A stretch of DNA of 64,000 bases from contig CP122380.1 in the NCBI GenBank assembly GCA_024650005.2, positions 1,760,001 to 1,824,000 of the forward strand, read 5' to 3'. The notes beneath the pieces are model-generated. The model was given only the letters and a program-made list of their open reading frames with translations, did not search any database and was not told where the DNA came from. The position numbers and the translations under genes were made by a program. Positions within the stretch are counted from its first letter, which is position 1. Each line of letters opens with the position of its first letter. The stretch comes from Candidatus Bathyarchaeum tardum. GTDB taxonomy: Archaea > Thermoproteota > Bathyarchaeia > Bathyarchaeales > Bathyarchaeaceae. This document shows, in pieces, positions 39,777 to 49,316 of the stretch.

Positions 39777-40646
39777 CTAGACGAATTGTTTTGCTACAAA
39801 GTCGGGGACTTTAACTGTTCCCATAATGATTGGGTTTTGGTGGCAGTCGCTGCCGCCGGTCATTTTTAAGCCATTTTGTTTTGCAAACTTCACATAATGT
39901 TTTGTTGTTTCTGGGCTGCTTCTGGAGTGCCAGCATTCGATACCATCAAGGTGCTTCAGTAAAGAGTTTTTGATTATGCTGGTTTGCTCATCCAAGGAAC
40001 TAGTTATTTTTACCATTGAAGTTCCGTATGGATCATTTGGGTGAGCCAGCACGGCAAACCCTCCAGCATCTCTTAGTAGTTTTGAGGCTTCTTGTGCATA
40101 AAGAGGGTATTTTGGAACATTACATTTGACAAGATATGTAAGAAAGGCTTCTTTTCGGTCTTTTACTATACCTTTTTTGATCAAATAGTCTGCAATGTGC
40201 GGTCGACCAAGGGCGCCAGCAGCAGAATTTTGGATTTGAACCAGATCATTTTTTGTAAACTTGGATATACCTTCCTTTTCAAATTCTGCATTCAGTTTTT
40301 CCAGAATTTTTATGGCACGTTTTTCACGATAGTCACTGAGCTGTTTTAGTTTAGACAATAAGGCTTTGTTATTTACGTCAAAGTTGTAACCCAACAAATC
40401 TAAGGAAACTGACTTGCCGTCAAGAAAATCGGGGCAAGAAAATGTAATATTTAGTTCAACGCCACTGACGTAATTGATTCCGTGTTTTTTTGCCAAGTCC
40501 ATGGCTTCTTGTTGGCAACCAATCGAGTCATGGTCACTAATGGACATTAACCCAATGTTTCGGGCTTTGGCTTCTTTAATAATTTCTTGAACAGTCAGTT
40601 TTCCGTCTGAACAAGTTTTCGAGTGAATATGCAAATCAATTATCAT
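39777..40646 (-). CDS. PHP domain phosphoesterase (TrpH/YciV-like)
   Basis: DLHIHS..SDG, SDHD, GVEL, GRPHIA, LAHP, GIECWH, GGSDCH. Confidence 0.92.
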   Translation of the reverse strand: MIIDLHIHSKTCSDGKLTVQEIIKEAKARNIGLMSISDHDSIGCQQEAMDLAKKHGINYVSGVELNITFSCPDFLDGKSVSLDLLGYNFDVNNKALLSKLKQLSDYREKRAIKILEKLNAEFEKEGISKFTKNDLVQIQNSAAGALGRPHIADYLIKKGIVKDRKEAFLTYLVKCNVPKYPLYAQEASKLLRDAGGFAVLAHPNDPYGTSMVKITSSLDEQTSIIKNSLLKHLDGIECWHSRSSPETTKHYVKFAKQNGLKMTGGSDCHQNPIIMGTVKVPDFVAKQFV

Positions 40647-40658
40647 GATACAGTCCAG

Positions 40659-41261
40659 TTACTTGACCACTTTTCCTATGATGCACCAAGTTTCAGGCTC
40701 ATCATGTTCGGTGTCAACAGTTAAGTGAGTTATCTCAAGGTTAGGATGTAACTGTTTAAAGTCCATTAAATCAACTTCTTCAAACCTGTTTTTGTTTGCA
40801 TCATAAGCCTCTTTGGTCAGGGCATTTGATTCATAGTTTTCTTTGGTTCTACGCAATATCCGGCGCATAGAAGACTCTTCAGAGCAATGAGTCTGCAAAA
40901 TAACAAAAGGTATGTTAGCTTTTGCTGCAACTTCTGCTGCTCTTCGGCGCAAACTCTGGGTTACAAACGTGGCATCTAATATTACACCCTTCCCTTTTTT
41001 TGCCAAGTCTGCAGCTTGACAGAACATTTCGTTGTAGACCATTTCGCGTTTATTCATGTTTCCTGCTACTTTGACGTCAAATATGTCGTCGTTTTTGAGG
41101 ACTTCTAGACGAATTATGTCAGTTCTTAGAATTGGGTATCCTTTCAGTTTTGCGATTTCTTGAGAAGTTTCAGTTTTGTAGGTTCCAGGAAGTCCACAAG
41201 TAATCAATAAAATGTTAGGAGCTAATTCAGATTCAACAAACTTTGCGAAGGGTTCTCTCAA
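40659..41261 (-). CDS. P-loop kinase-like protein (AAA_33 / COG0645-type)
   Basis: ITCGLPGTYKT variant Walker A, LRTDIIR, VILDATF..RRR. Confidence 0.85.
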   Translation of the reverse strand: MREPFAKFVESELAPNILLITCGLPGTYKTETSQEIAKLKGYPILRTDIIRLEVLKNDDIFDVKVAGNMNKREMVYNEMFCQAADLAKKGKGVILDATFVTQSLRRRAAEVAAKANIPFVILQTHCSEESSMRRILRRTKENYESNALTKEAYDANKNRFEEVDLMDFKQLHPNLEITHLTVDTEHDEPETWCIIGKVVK

Positions 41262-41421
41262 TCATTACACCAACGGTTACTGCAATGCAAAGAAAAAATA
41301 ATAATGTTTTGCACAAAACCAAAGCCCCTAATTTGTTTATTTGGCATTTTTGCTTCATTTTGTCTTATATCAAAAATGTACATTTTATAAAAGGCTTGAA
41401 CCATGTCTATAACGACACACA

Positions 41422-41613
41422 ATGAAGAAACTGGAAACAAGAATCCTAGGATTTACATTTATTTTTGCAGGCATTTTGATGGTAATCCATCACTTCATAA
41501 TCAGCGGCAGATTGTTTGACTTAAAGGATATATTACATCACGAATTTTTTGAAGCCATAGCTTTCACTGCTGGAATAGTGCTTATTTTAACTACAATGTT
41601 CGAGAATAATTGA
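41422..41613 (+). CDS. Small 2-TM membrane protein
   Basis: 63 aa, two hydrophobic helices with HH pairs (IHHF, LHHEFFE); TTTATAA box about 30 nt upstream. Confidence 0.65.
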   Translation: MKKLETRILGFTFIFAGILMVIHHFIISGRLFDLKDILHHEFFEAIAFTAGIVLILTTMFENN

Positions 41614-41638
41614 CAATCTAATCATTCAAATTAAATTT

Positions 41639-41866
41639 TCAATCTTTAGTTTTTGATTTAATTAAAAATGCAAGAATAAAGGCTACAAATACAAAAACAA
41701 TGAACAACACTCCAACTATGCTTTGTGAAAGGATGAAAAATGGCTCAGAATTTAATGTTTCAGTAGATGGTAAACCCCCAAAGTATGCGACTAAAAAAAT
41801 GACTGCAAAGATTGTGCCTACGCCTTGGGCAGAGAACAAAAATGTTTGTGTTTGTTTTTTGTTCAG
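41639..41866 (-). CDS. Small 2-TM membrane protein
   Basis: Two hydrophobic helices and a basic tail. Possible CTG start at 41866 after AGGT; the ORF track uses TTG 41839. Confidence 0.55.
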   Translation of the reverse strand: MNKKQTQTFLFSAQGVGTIFAVIFLVAYFGGLPSTETLNSEPFFILSQSIVGVLFIVFVFVAFILAFLIKSKTKD

Positions 41867-41989
41867 TTTGATTACCTACATATTATTTGGGAAAATTTGT
41901 ATTTAAGACTGTTCACAGACCCAAAACCACTTTTTCAAGGTTAGAAACTCATTGTTTTGACCATAACAATAATATATTTATAAAATCTA

Positions 41990-42955
41990 ATGACCATTGA
42001 AGGGATGTTGGTTACTATTTCTTCAGAGAAGTTTTATTCACCACTGAAAATCGGTTTACTGTTAGTTTCTGTAGTTTTTTTCTTGTTCACGCTACACGGA
42101 TTATTAACCTTAGAATGGATTGGTGAATGGGAATATTTTACAGGTGATTTTGCGTTTTGGATTTTCATAACGGACATTTCCTCAGCGGTTGGACTTGTTA
42201 TCAGATTCATTGGGAGCCTATTAGCTGTTGTAGCAGTTGGTTACTATTTTGTAAAAAAACAGGATGCAACAAAAACAGCTCTTAGAATTTTCAAAATTGT
42301 CCTGATAGCTGAAGCAATATATTGGTTCACATTTATCACATCTGGATTCTGGGGTATTTCCCCCGTTGTTTCAATAATTTTAGGAGACACAACCAGTCAG
42401 TTAACAGAACTTTCCATGACCATACAATGGGTAATCGCCATGGGATTGCCGTGCTTATTTGAGGCAATTGCGCTTCCCTTTGCTTTGTTTAAAATAGTTT
42501 TTAACACAAATCCAAACAAACCCCAAAGCAGAGCGATAAAATGGGGCTTAATCGCTGGAATATTATACATTTTCACATGGTGGCTCAACAACGCAGGCAT
42601 GTGGATATACACAATAATCGATGAGGGAACAAATTACTTAACAGCGTATCCAGAAAACATGATTAGTTTTGTTTTTACATTATTTGGGTTAGCTGCACTC
42701 GGAATATTTTCTGCGGTTTCTGCAAAGAAAGCCTTTGGAACCGAAAGGCTAGAAGATTTAAACCTAAAAACATGGGGAGTAATAATCATAGTTGCAGGTT
42801 TTTATTTCCTTTGGAATTATTTGACATGGATTTTCTTTGGAAGACCTGAAATCTGGAGCCAATGGTATGCATGGTTTATGGGTCATAACTTGGATTTGTG
42901 GGCGTTGTCCCTTCCGTTGTTTGGGTTGCCGTTGTTGTTTGACAAAAAATCGTAA
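41990..42955 (+). CDS. Hypothetical polytopic membrane protein
   Basis: 321 aa with about 8 TMs, Trp-rich; no family recognised. Confidence 0.75.
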   Translation: MTIEGMLVTISSEKFYSPLKIGLLLVSVVFFLFTLHGLLTLEWIGEWEYFTGDFAFWIFITDISSAVGLVIRFIGSLLAVVAVGYYFVKKQDATKTALRIFKIVLIAEAIYWFTFITSGFWGISPVVSIILGDTTSQLTELSMTIQWVIAMGLPCLFEAIALPFALFKIVFNTNPNKPQSRAIKWGLIAGILYIFTWWLNNAGMWIYTIIDEGTNYLTAYPENMISFVFTLFGLAALGIFSAVSAKKAFGTERLEDLNLKTWGVIIIVAGFYFLWNYLTWIFFGRPEIWSQWYAWFMGHNLDLWALSLPLFGLPLLFDKKS

Positions 42956-43022
42956 TCGCAGTTATTGAGCGAAGGAATTTATAGTACGGGTGTTATTCCC
43001 TTTTTTTATTCCCGTGGTTTTC

Positions 43023-44306
43023 ATGATTCACGAAATCATTCACCGCAACCAAAATCAAGACATCACAGGTTTTTATTATCCACGTTATAGCAAAGACTGC
43101 ATTTCAAACATTCCAGGAACAATACTGGATTTGTTTGGGGTAAATCATGACTTGTCAAAACTTCCTTTTGACTTAAACACTGAAGTAGAGGGAGTTAACA
43201 AAGTAGTACTTTTTGTTTTGGATGGTTTTGGATATAACCAGTTTTTGCGTTACCACAATGAACAGAAGTTTTTGGCTAGCCTAGCAAAGAAAAGTGAAGT
43301 TTTTCCGTTAACTAGTATTTTTCCTTCCCAAACAACTAATGCCCTCACCACTTTGAATACTGGTTTGACTCCTCAAGAGCATGGATTATTTGAGTATTAT
43401 ATCTACATCAAAGAAGTTGATCGAATAGTCAACACTCTACGTTTTGAACCCCTAGGTTCAAGAGTCCGAAATGAGCTTTTAGAAAACGGGTTTAGTCCAG
43501 ACATTTTATTTCATGGGCACACAATTCAAAGCAAACTAAAAGAAGCAGGCATCAAATCTTTCACACATATCTACGCTTCTTATGCTTACAGTCATTACTC
43601 AAGGCTTCTGTTTGAAGATAGCACGTTTATTCCGTCTTTGAAGTCTTCAGATTTAATCGTTACACTAAAAAAGAAACTGGAAGAAGAAACGGGACCAGCA
43701 TACTTTTTTGTGCACCTAAGTAATTTAGATACAATATCACACGAGTACGGACCAAAAAGTTATGAATATGGAGCAGAATTGTCAGCCATTTCATATTTAA
43801 TGAACAAAGAGTTAATCGAAAAAATTGACCCCAAAACTGCAAAGGAAACCCTAATCCTGTTAACAGCAGACCATGGGGGCGTTAATATTGTTCCCAAGGA
43901 TACGACATACCTGAATGGCTTTCCGGACATTATGAATAACCTACAGAAGGGAAGTTCAGGAAACACTATTTTACCCACGGGTAGCGCACGAGATGTTTTT
44001 CTGCATGTTCAACCAGAAAAGCTTGTAGAAACTCAAGATTTGCTTCGGAAAAAAATTGGTGACAAAGCAAAAGTTGTTGAAACTAAGGATGCAATAAACA
44101 ATGGATTGTTTGGACGGGGAAATGTTGGAAGTCAGTTTATTGATAGAGCAGGCAACTTGTTGATTTTGCCTTATGGGAACGAAACAGTTTGGTTTGAACA
44201 TTTCAAGGATATAAAGTATAATCCTATTGGTCAACATGGGGGATTAAACGCTGAAGAAATGGTTGTCCCGCTAGCAGTAACTAGACTGGATAAACTAAAA
44301 GTATAA
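43023..44306 (+). CDS. Alkaline phosphatase superfamily protein (type I phosphodiesterase / nucleotide pyrophosphatase)
   Basis: VLDGFG, FPSQTT nucleophile region, LDTISHEYGP, TADHG, GQHGG. Confidence 0.9.
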   Translation: MIHEIIHRNQNQDITGFYYPRYSKDCISNIPGTILDLFGVNHDLSKLPFDLNTEVEGVNKVVLFVLDGFGYNQFLRYHNEQKFLASLAKKSEVFPLTSIFPSQTTNALTTLNTGLTPQEHGLFEYYIYIKEVDRIVNTLRFEPLGSRVRNELLENGFSPDILFHGHTIQSKLKEAGIKSFTHIYASYAYSHYSRLLFEDSTFIPSLKSSDLIVTLKKKLEEETGPAYFFVHLSNLDTISHEYGPKSYEYGAELSAISYLMNKELIEKIDPKTAKETLILLTADHGGVNIVPKDTTYLNGFPDIMNNLQKGSSGNTILPTGSARDVFLHVQPEKLVETQDLLRKKIGDKAKVVETKDAINNGLFGRGNVGSQFIDRAGNLLILPYGNETVWFEHFKDIKYNPIGQHGGLNAEEMVVPLAVTRLDKLKV

Positions 44307-44593
44307 CATCAATTTTTGTAAGATTGTCCAATTTTTTTCAGAGGCATTACTGTAGTTCAGTTCAAATAATTTTCAACATTGTTTTTTTCCTAACTCGAAA
44401 TTAGTTGAAATGAGTTAAAGGGTTGGAAATAGCATTTTTGCATATTTTATTAGTAAAAATTGGTTGTATCTGAATTTTTTAAGCAAGATATATTAGGCAG
44501 AAGATATTATTAAAATATATTATATGTCTAGAAAAAGACATATTGTATACAGGTGTAACAATAAAACAGTTCAACAGAAAAACAGGTGAAAAA

Positions 44594-44965
44594 ATGATAG
44601 AAATTCTTTTTGCAACCACTTGGACCTGCCTAGGAACCTACATAGCATGGTACATCTTTAAAGCAAAAACCCATCACCCATTATCCATCGAAGAATTAAC
44701 GTTAACATGGCAAATACATAAAAATCAAGCAAGATGCAACGCTTCAACCATCCACACAATACACGTAAAAAATAATTCCATCGTCGGATTCACCTGCGAT
44801 TGTGGCTATAACTACCTACAAAAGCGGTTAATAACACAAAAAATAACAGCAGAAACTCAGCCAAAAACTGAAACAGCGTTACTGAAAATAAAAGACCAAA
44901 TAAAATCAGATAAAAACATACAGAAATTAAATCTAACAAACACCCAAATTCACAAGATTAAGTAA
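44594..44965 (+). CDS. Membrane-anchored protein with putative Zn-binding His/Cys motif
   Basis: AGGTGA SD before ATG 44594; N-terminal TM; WQIHK..C..GFTCDCG. Confidence 0.65.
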   Translation: MIEILFATTWTCLGTYIAWYIFKAKTHHPLSIEELTLTWQIHKNQARCNASTIHTIHVKNNSIVGFTCDCGYNYLQKRLITQKITAETQPKTETALLKIKDQIKSDKNIQKLNLTNTQIHKIK

Positions 44966-45010
44966 CAAAAAAGAAGGAAAAACAACTTTTTTCAGTTTAA
45001 TAAAAACTGA

Positions 45011-45256
45011 TTAGCGGTTTTTGTATTCTTTTGCAACAATCATTGTGGTTGTCAGGAAAATATCAGACAGCGAGCGGAGTTTGTCAGTTAGGAATCTGTC
45101 TAAATCTGCAAGGTCTTTTACTTCAACTTTTGCTATTGCATCGTATTCTCCGTATAATTCGTCAACTTGAACAACCTCTTCGAAGTTAGCAACTCTTTCA
45201 CAAACATCTCGTTCAGCGCCTGACTTCAAAGTAACAAGGATATAACCAAAGACCAT
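45011..45256 (-). CDS. Stand-alone Lrp/AsnC ligand-binding (RAM) domain protein
   Basis: LYGEYDAIAKVE..LRSLSDIFLTTTMI. Confidence 0.88.
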   Translation of the reverse strand: MVFGYILVTLKSGAERDVCERVANFEEVVQVDELYGEYDAIAKVEVKDLADLDRFLTDKLRSLSDIFLTTTMIVAKEYKNR

Positions 45257-45447
45257 ACCAATTACCTCTCCACAAACTACACCAACACCAAAAACTTAAA
45301 CATATCGTTCAAAAAGCCCTAAACAAAACACATTAAATTAGAAAAGCATATCATATTAACAAACAGTTTCGTTCGGCTAATATAACTAGTAACACCAAAC
45401 GATTTAAGCCATCTAAACAAAGTATTGAATTAGATTTATAACAAAAA

Positions 45448-46455
45448 ATGTGGGCTACATTGAAAAAACTCGAAGTAAATGTAACAACAAATGAGGCAAG
45501 AAAAGTCAAACAATTACTTACAAACTTGGAACTCTCATATGTTTGCTCATCCATGAAAATTGAAAATGAAAAATTCAAAACATTTTCTTGTTTAGTACCT
45601 GACCAACTTATTGATAGGGCAATTGAAGAAATTTCAGAAATAATGGATTTGAGGCTAACACAAAATTCTATAAGTGTGTATAACGTGGAAGCCTATGTTT
45701 CTAGCCATCTTGACAGAATAAAAGAAAAAATTGGTGAAGAAAATCCTCCACCAAATCCCTTCGAACGGCTGTTAGAAACTACAGAAAAATTCACACAAAT
45801 AAACAAAGACCTCATAATAATGGCATTGTTTGCCACCATAATCGCCCTTGCAGGACTATTCCTTGACAATCCAGTCACTGTAATTGGAGCAATGCTTCTT
45901 TCACCATTACTAGGTCCCATTAATGCTTTTGCAGTAAACGCAAGCATAGGAAAAATTAAAAAACTAGTCAAAACCGAAGCATCAATAATCATACTTCTGG
46001 GTTCAGTAATACTCCTTTCAGCATTAACTACAATTGTTGTTTCATTTTTTGTGGACTTGCAGGTTACGTCACAAATTTCGATTAGAAGCCAAACTTCCTT
46101 AACAGACGTAGGAATAGGATTAATACTAGGCTTAGCAGGAGGATTAGCATTAGTTGCTGCAATACCTGAAATCCTAGTTGGAGTAGGCGTAGCAAGCGCC
46201 TTATTGCCCCCAGCTACAGTTTCCGGAATCGGTTTAGCATTAATGAACGGCAACATGTTCTTTGGGGCGTTAACGGTAACGATGGTGTATCTGGTCGGAT
46301 TAGAACTAGGATGCACAGTAATGTTACGAATAAAAGGACTTCAACCAAGAAGATTCTACCAGAAAGCAGACGCAAAAAAAAGGTCAGCCTATTTCATCAT
46401 AACTTTGAGCATATTACTGATAATCCTGATGATTGTAATTTACAGAACAGGATAA
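45448..46455 (+). CDS. TIGR00341 / DUF389 family membrane protein
   Basis: IALAGLFLDNPVTVIGAMLLSPLLGP, LVGVGVASALLPPA. Start may be TTG 45460. Confidence 0.88.
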   Translation: MWATLKKLEVNVTTNEARKVKQLLTNLELSYVCSSMKIENEKFKTFSCLVPDQLIDRAIEEISEIMDLRLTQNSISVYNVEAYVSSHLDRIKEKIGEENPPPNPFERLLETTEKFTQINKDLIIMALFATIIALAGLFLDNPVTVIGAMLLSPLLGPINAFAVNASIGKIKKLVKTEASIIILLGSVILLSALTTIVVSFFVDLQVTSQISIRSQTSLTDVGIGLILGLAGGLALVAAIPEILVGVGVASALLPPATVSGIGLALMNGNMFFGALTVTMVYLVGLELGCTVMLRIKGLQPRRFYQKADAKKRSAYFIITLSILLIILMIVIYRTG

Positions 46456-46480
46456 AAAAAGGGAAAAACTTTGCTAGAAA

Positions 46481-47491
46481 CTAAAAAGAGTTACTGGCAT
46501 GACCATTCAAATCAACAGTTTTGTAGACTGGATGCTCTTTGAACTTAAGCGTTGTTTTAGATGTTTCTATGGTTCCGCTAGGCAAACGCATACAAAGAGA
46601 ACTGACAGTTGCACCACCTTTAGTAAACCGTACACCATTCAAAAGTTCACCTTTAGTTATACCTGATGCTGCAAACACGAGTTCGTTGCCTTTTGCTAAC
46701 TCTTCTTCATTATATGTTTTTTCAATATCAACGCCAACTTCTCGCAATCGGTCCATCCGACCTGCGTCGTCTTTTTGGTCTTTCCAGACTTTAACAAGCA
46801 TGGTTCCACCTAGACATTTTACAGCAGTTGCAGCAATTGTTGCTTCAGGTCCTGCACCTGCTCCAACAAGAAGGTCAACACCAGAATCGGGCATGCAGGT
46901 AACAACCGCTCCTGCTATGTCTCCGTCAGGAATCAAAATGATTCTAACTCCAAGTTTTCGTAAAGTTTCCAAAATTTGATTGTGTCGCTCACGTTCGAGC
47001 ATAATAACTGTGAAGTTTTCAAGGGACAACCCTTTTGCTTTTGCCACTGTTTTTACAAGTTCTTCTATGGACATGTCCAAAGAAATTTTTCCTTTGGAGT
47101 GTATGTCGGTTGCTACTTTAAAGTAGTATCCGTCGTCAGGCAAGACTTGGAAGCAGCCAGCAGGTGCACATGCAAGAGCAGAAATTGCGTCTTTTCTACC
47201 TTTGGATGTTGCTGTTGTTCCGTCTACGGGATCGAAAACGAATTCTACTTTGGGTCCTTTGCAGGTTCCAACTCTTTCTCTGTTAAGGAATGCTGGCGCA
47301 TTATCTTTGGGTCCTTCACAGGATATTACTTCGCCGTCAATTTCGGTTTGATTCAAAACTGCTCTTGAAAAGTCGACTGCGGTTGCGTCTACTAAATTTT
47401 TGTCTCCTTGACCAATGTGTAACGCAGCGCCGACGGCTCCGGCGATAGTGATTCGGGTTAATGAGGGAGCTAAAGCCCTAAGAGATGCCAA
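46481..47491 (-). CDS. glpX: Fructose-1,6-bisphosphatase class II
   Basis: GQGDKNLVD, EGPKDNAP, DPVDGTT, LERERH, DGDIAG, GAGPEAT, ASGITKGELLNGV. Confidence 0.9.
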   Translation of the reverse strand: MASLRALAPSLTRITIAGAVGAALHIGQGDKNLVDATAVDFSRAVLNQTEIDGEVISCEGPKDNAPAFLNRERVGTCKGPKVEFVFDPVDGTTATSKGRKDAISALACAPAGCFQVLPDDGYYFKVATDIHSKGKISLDMSIEELVKTVAKAKGLSLENFTVIMLERERHNQILETLRKLGVRIILIPDGDIAGAVVTCMPDSGVDLLVGAGAGPEATIAATAVKCLGGTMLVKVWKDQKDDAGRMDRLREVGVDIEKTYNEEELAKGNELVFAASGITKGELLNGVRFTKGGATVSSLCMRLPSGTIETSKTTLKFKEHPVYKTVDLNGHASNSF

Positions 47492-47643
47492 ATTTTACAC
47501 CATCACGTATTAACCTTTGACCTGTTGTAAAACATTTTCGGACAAAAGGAGATACATTTTAAGTAAACAAAATATTAAAAAAATAAACATAATCCATATT
47601 TAGTTATAATCACTTTTCTGTAACCCAGAAAGGATGACAGAAA

Positions 47644-48144
47644 ATGATTATCGGAATTATGTCAGACACCCACGACCGCCTGCCAATGATTGATGCAGCA
47701 GTAAACAAACTTAACGAATTAGGTGTTGAACTTGTATATCATGCAGGAGATTACATCGCGCCTTTTGTAGATTCCCATTTGAAGAACTTGAAAGCGCCCC
47801 TTATTGGAGTGTTAGGCAACAACGATGGCAGCACAAGTTTACTGAAACAAAAATTCGCCGAATTCGGAGCAGACATACGAGGAAGATTTGCCTTTGACAT
47901 AATTGATGGACTAAGAATTGCTATTGTACATGGAGATGACCGAGAACTAATGCGTTCACTATTGGAACTACAAAGCCACGACATTTTAATCACAGGGCAC
48001 ACCCATGAAGCAAAAATTTACAGAAAAGGGCAAATGTTAGTCATTAACCCCGGAGAAACTTGTGGACTGCTAACAGGGAAATCAACAATAGCAATACTCG
48101 ACACAGAAAAACTAGAAGCAGAAATAATCGAACTCAATAAGTAA
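47644..48144 (+). CDS. Metallophosphoesterase (YfcE/MJ0936 family)
   Basis: SDTHD, HAGD, GNND, VHG, GHTH, NPG. Confidence 0.92.
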   Translation: MIIGIMSDTHDRLPMIDAAVNKLNELGVELVYHAGDYIAPFVDSHLKNLKAPLIGVLGNNDGSTSLLKQKFAEFGADIRGRFAFDIIDGLRIAIVHGDDRELMRSLLELQSHDILITGHTHEAKIYRKGQMLVINPGETCGLLTGKSTIAILDTEKLEAEIIELNK

Positions 48145-48229
48145 ATTGATTTAGTCCTATTTTTGTTACAAAGACAGGATAAATTGATTTTATCAGTGTT
48201 TATATAACACCGTTATAAATAATGTTTTT

Positions 48230-49294
48230 ATGTCTACGAAGAAAAAAACAAAAACAGTTTCAAAAATATCTGCTGTTCTAGTAGTTACAATTTTAATTTC
48301 TTCAATAACAATTAGCATCTGGGTTTGGCACAATAACAATTTAGGCAACCAAAAGGACGGCATATTAACAGGTCATGACAAAACACCGATTAATACACCG
48401 GATGTTTCAAATGAAACCCAACTAGAAACTAATGAACCTGATGAACAGGAACCCGAAACAAATGAACCAATAGACAGAATCAACAGAGCACGCATCCTAA
48501 TCGAAGAACAAGAATACTTCTTTGACTCTTCAAAGGTCAACACTACAAGACCTGACTTGTTTAAAAATGGACAGTTTTCAGTATTTGACGTTTTGGTTCA
48601 TTTGTATGAACAAAACCTAATTGATTTAGCATATCATTTTGACGAAACAATGAACACTCATATAATTGACGCAATAAACCAACAAACGGGCTGGTGGTAC
48701 ATTGTTGTCTACTCTGGAGGATGGCCTGAACAAAATGTTTTCAGACCCGATCATTATCCATGGAAAATTGGCACTCAAATACAATTCTACACAGAAAGTT
48801 ACTCAAAAATTGCTGCAATATATTCTGAGTGGCAAGAAGAAACCCAAAGAAAAGAGGACAACCATGAAAAAATCATAATTCCTGAAGTAACAATTGTGGG
48901 AAAAACGTTCACAAAAGAATTTACTGACGTAGAAGTGACAGCCCACAATCTGAGAAACGACGTTTTTCAAGAAGGCGTAATTACAGCAATTGATGTGATT
49001 TTGTCCCTAGCAGACCAAGGAAAAATAACTTACGAACTGAAATGGTATGATTCGATAGGTCAAGCTAGTGTAGTTCGAAGTTATTGGGTAGATGCAATAG
49101 ACAACGACACTGCAGAAGCATATTGTGGTTTTGTTTACGAGTCAGGTTCAAATAAATACCGAGGTGTTAATGGGAATCACATTCATTTGCCTTCAGACAC
49201 CAGAATACTAAACACTCCAGAGTACCTAGTTTACTTTTGGATATGCCTAAACCCCCAAGGAATAACTGTACCTAACATTGTACCTACCCAGTAA
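48230..49294 (+). CDS. Membrane-anchored extracellular protein with internal duplication
   Basis: N-terminal TM, acidic ETNEP linker repeats, two similar domains (SVFDVLVHL.. / TAIDVILSL..). Confidence 0.7.
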   Translation: MSTKKKTKTVSKISAVLVVTILISSITISIWVWHNNNLGNQKDGILTGHDKTPINTPDVSNETQLETNEPDEQEPETNEPIDRINRARILIEEQEYFFDSSKVNTTRPDLFKNGQFSVFDVLVHLYEQNLIDLAYHFDETMNTHIIDAINQQTGWWYIVVYSGGWPEQNVFRPDHYPWKIGTQIQFYTESYSKIAAIYSEWQEETQRKEDNHEKIIIPEVTIVGKTFTKEFTDVEVTAHNLRNDVFQEGVITAIDVILSLADQGKITYELKWYDSIGQASVVRSYWVDAIDNDTAEAYCGFVYESGSNKYRGVNGNHIHLPSDTRILNTPEYLVYFWICLNPQGITVPNIVPTQ

Positions 49295-49316
49295 CGTCAA
49301 AACAGGTTTAGAAGCG

